A DNA stretch of 64,000 bases, taken from positions 4,792 through 68,791 of the forward strand of contig CAVPZO010000038.1 in NCBI GenBank assembly GCA_963710045.1, in the 5' to 3' direction. This DNA is from an uncultured Alphaproteobacteria bacterium (lineage in GTDB: Bacteria > Pseudomonadota > Alphaproteobacteria > Rhizobiales > Xanthobacteraceae). This document shows, one piece after another, positions 62,451 to 64,000 of this stretch. A program made the translations under genes and the position numbers. Position 1 is the stretch's first letter, and every line of letters begins with the position of its first letter. A model generated the notes under the pieces. It was not told where the DNA came from, did no database searches, and saw nothing but the letters and a program-made list of their open reading frames with translations.

Positions 62451-63500
62451 TCACTCGATCGACCAGACGAATGGCGGCGCGCCGGCGGCACCCGGTTTCA
62501 TGTCGACCGCGATGCCGCGACCGCAGCCGGCGGCGAGACCTTCAATCAATCCCTCCAATACCTTGGCACAGGCAGGATGATAGTCCGGCACATCGGCCAT
62601 CAGCTTCCAGGTCTGCTGAACGATCTCGTAAACGTCATGCGACTCGCCGTTTTCAGCGAGGTCGTCCTGTGCCTCGAACAGCGCGAACATCAACTCATCG
62701 AACTCCTTCGCGGTCCCCCGGCCCGTTTTGAGGCCGCGGGCGATTTCGTCGAAATACTGCATGCCGATCAGCTTGCCGGTGATGCGCAGCAGATATCCGG
62801 CGTCCTCGGGGCCGAACAGCTGCACCGCCACCGGTGCTGCGGTCCGCACATATTCCATCGCATAATTTCGATAGGCTTTTTCCAGCCGCGGTTTCGGCCA
62901 GCTCGATACCGGCAGCGCCGGGGCGTTGTTCGCATCGAACATCGGTGCTTCGAGATGGCGCGCGAACACCAGCCGCTGATCGACATCGAGCGCGTGGTCG
63001 TACTCGTAATAATAGCCTTCGAGCCCGTCCTGCCCGTCCACGCTTTGCTTGGTGCAGACAAAACCGAGTTTTGGATTGCCGAGCGACACCCCGTTGTTGG
63101 CGTGCCAGCCGCGCAGCATCGCGCGCGACACTTCGCCGGGCACGCCGCAGATTGCGGTGCCGCGCCAGATCCAGCGCGGCGGCGGATAGCGGATCCACGC
63201 CTTGCGGTCGGACTCATACATGTATTCGACCGACACGCCGCCGATCCAGTTGGACAGATAATGATACTGCGCGGCGGCGACTGCCGGCGGCAGGCCGCTG
63301 AGGCCCAGCTTTTCGAGGCCGGGCAGGAAGCGCTCCTGCTGCTGGCGGCGAAACACCCGAAAGACGAATTCGGCGGCGTCGGCCGTGCCGCGCCTTGTGA
63401 CCACGGTGAGGATCAGCCCGGTGAAATAGGCGTGGTAAAGGTCGGCGACGCTTCGCCATCGCAGCCATTTTGCTTGCTGCGCGCCTTCCTGTCCGGTCAT
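62451..63500 (-). CDS. conserved hypothetical protein
   Basis: 349-aa ORF, ATGA-coupled to the upstream oxidoreductase. Confidence 0.8.
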   Translation of the reverse strand: MTGQEGAQQAKWLRWRSVADLYHAYFTGLILTVVTRRGTADAAEFVFRVFRRQQQERFLPGLEKLGLSGLPPAVAAAQYHYLSNWIGGVSVEYMYESDRKAWIRYPPPRWIWRGTAICGVPGEVSRAMLRGWHANNGVSLGNPKLGFVCTKQSVDGQDGLEGYYYEYDHALDVDQRLVFARHLEAPMFDANNAPALPVSSWPKPRLEKAYRNYAMEYVRTAAPVAVQLFGPEDAGYLLRITGKLIGMQYFDEIARGLKTGRGTAKEFDELMFALFEAQDDLAENGESHDVYEIVQQTWKLMADVPDYHPACAKVLEGLIEGLAAGCGRGIAVDMKPGAAGAPPFVWSIE

Positions 63501-64000
63501 TTTCGCTCCCGCGCTGTTGCTGCACTGTCCGCGATGTGGCGTCCCGCGATATAGCCGAACGTCAGGGCTGGTCCCAGCGTGATGCCGGCTCCCGGGTAGT
63601 TGCCGCCCATAATGCTCGCGATGTCGTTTCCCGCGGCATAAAGACCCCGGATCGGGCTTCCGTCGGCACGCAGCACTCTTGAATAGACATCGGTCTCGAT
63701 GCCGGCGTAAGTGCCGAGATCGCCTACCACCATTTTGATCGCAAAGAACGGGCCGCGCTCGACCGGCGCGAGACAGGGATTGGGTCCGTGCAGCGCGTCG
63801 CCCTGAAAGCGATTATAGGCGCGCGATCCCTTTCCGAAAACGGGATCGCGGCCTTCGGCCGCGGTCGCGTTGAACTGCGCAACGGTGGCTTCCAAACCTT
63901 TTGCATCGATGCCTGCGCTCGCCGCGAGCTCGGCGAGCGTCCGGCCGCGCATCAAATATCCCGAGCGGACATGCCCCCCGATCGGCATCGGGAATGGCGG
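63497..64000 (-). CDS. FAD-dependent oxidoreductase (3' part; 3-ketosteroid dehydrogenase-like)
   Basis: GLYAAGND, YPGAGITLGPALTFGY. Confidence 0.9.
   Translation of the reverse strand, partial: PPFPMPIGGHVRSGYLMRGRTLAELAASAGIDAKGLEATVAQFNATAAEGRDPVFGKGSRAYNRFQGDALHGPNPCLAPVERGPFFAIKMVVGDLGTYAGIETDVYSRVLRADGSPIRGLYAAGNDIASIMGGNYPGAGITLGPALTFGYIAGRHIADSAATARERK

Overview
High-GC alphaproteobacterial chromosome segment; gene content and repeat families point to Bradyrhizobium/Nitrobacteraceae (inferred). Most of it is housekeeping: coxB/coxA, tldD-lepB, gshA, MarR/gst, a beta-oxidation operon, podJ, the ligase-associated DNA-damage cluster, pyrD, class I lysS, SCO, tRNA-Gly(CCC), and an ECF sigma-DUF4142-cupredoxin unit. 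There are two accessory regions. (1) A lower-GC TIR / TIR-NB-ARC-TPR (NLR-like) locus at about 2.4-5.4 kb. (2) A complete 4,943-bp IS1595-family (ISNha5-type) cargo transposon at 45295-50237 with perfect 23-bp inverted repeats and an 8-bp target duplication, splitting a GT2 glycosyltransferase gene. Inside the transposon are a promoter- and terminator-bounded, highly structured ~240-nt candidate ncRNA, two coiled-coil/winged-helix proteins, a predicted leaderless XRE regulator, a small-ORF/197-aa gene pair and a membrane-anchored OB-fold-like protein. This cargo is the best candidate for an undescribed system. A structured non-coding element at 39.65-40.05 kb with covarying twin hairpins also deserves attention. 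All product calls come from motif recognition by eye, with no database searches.
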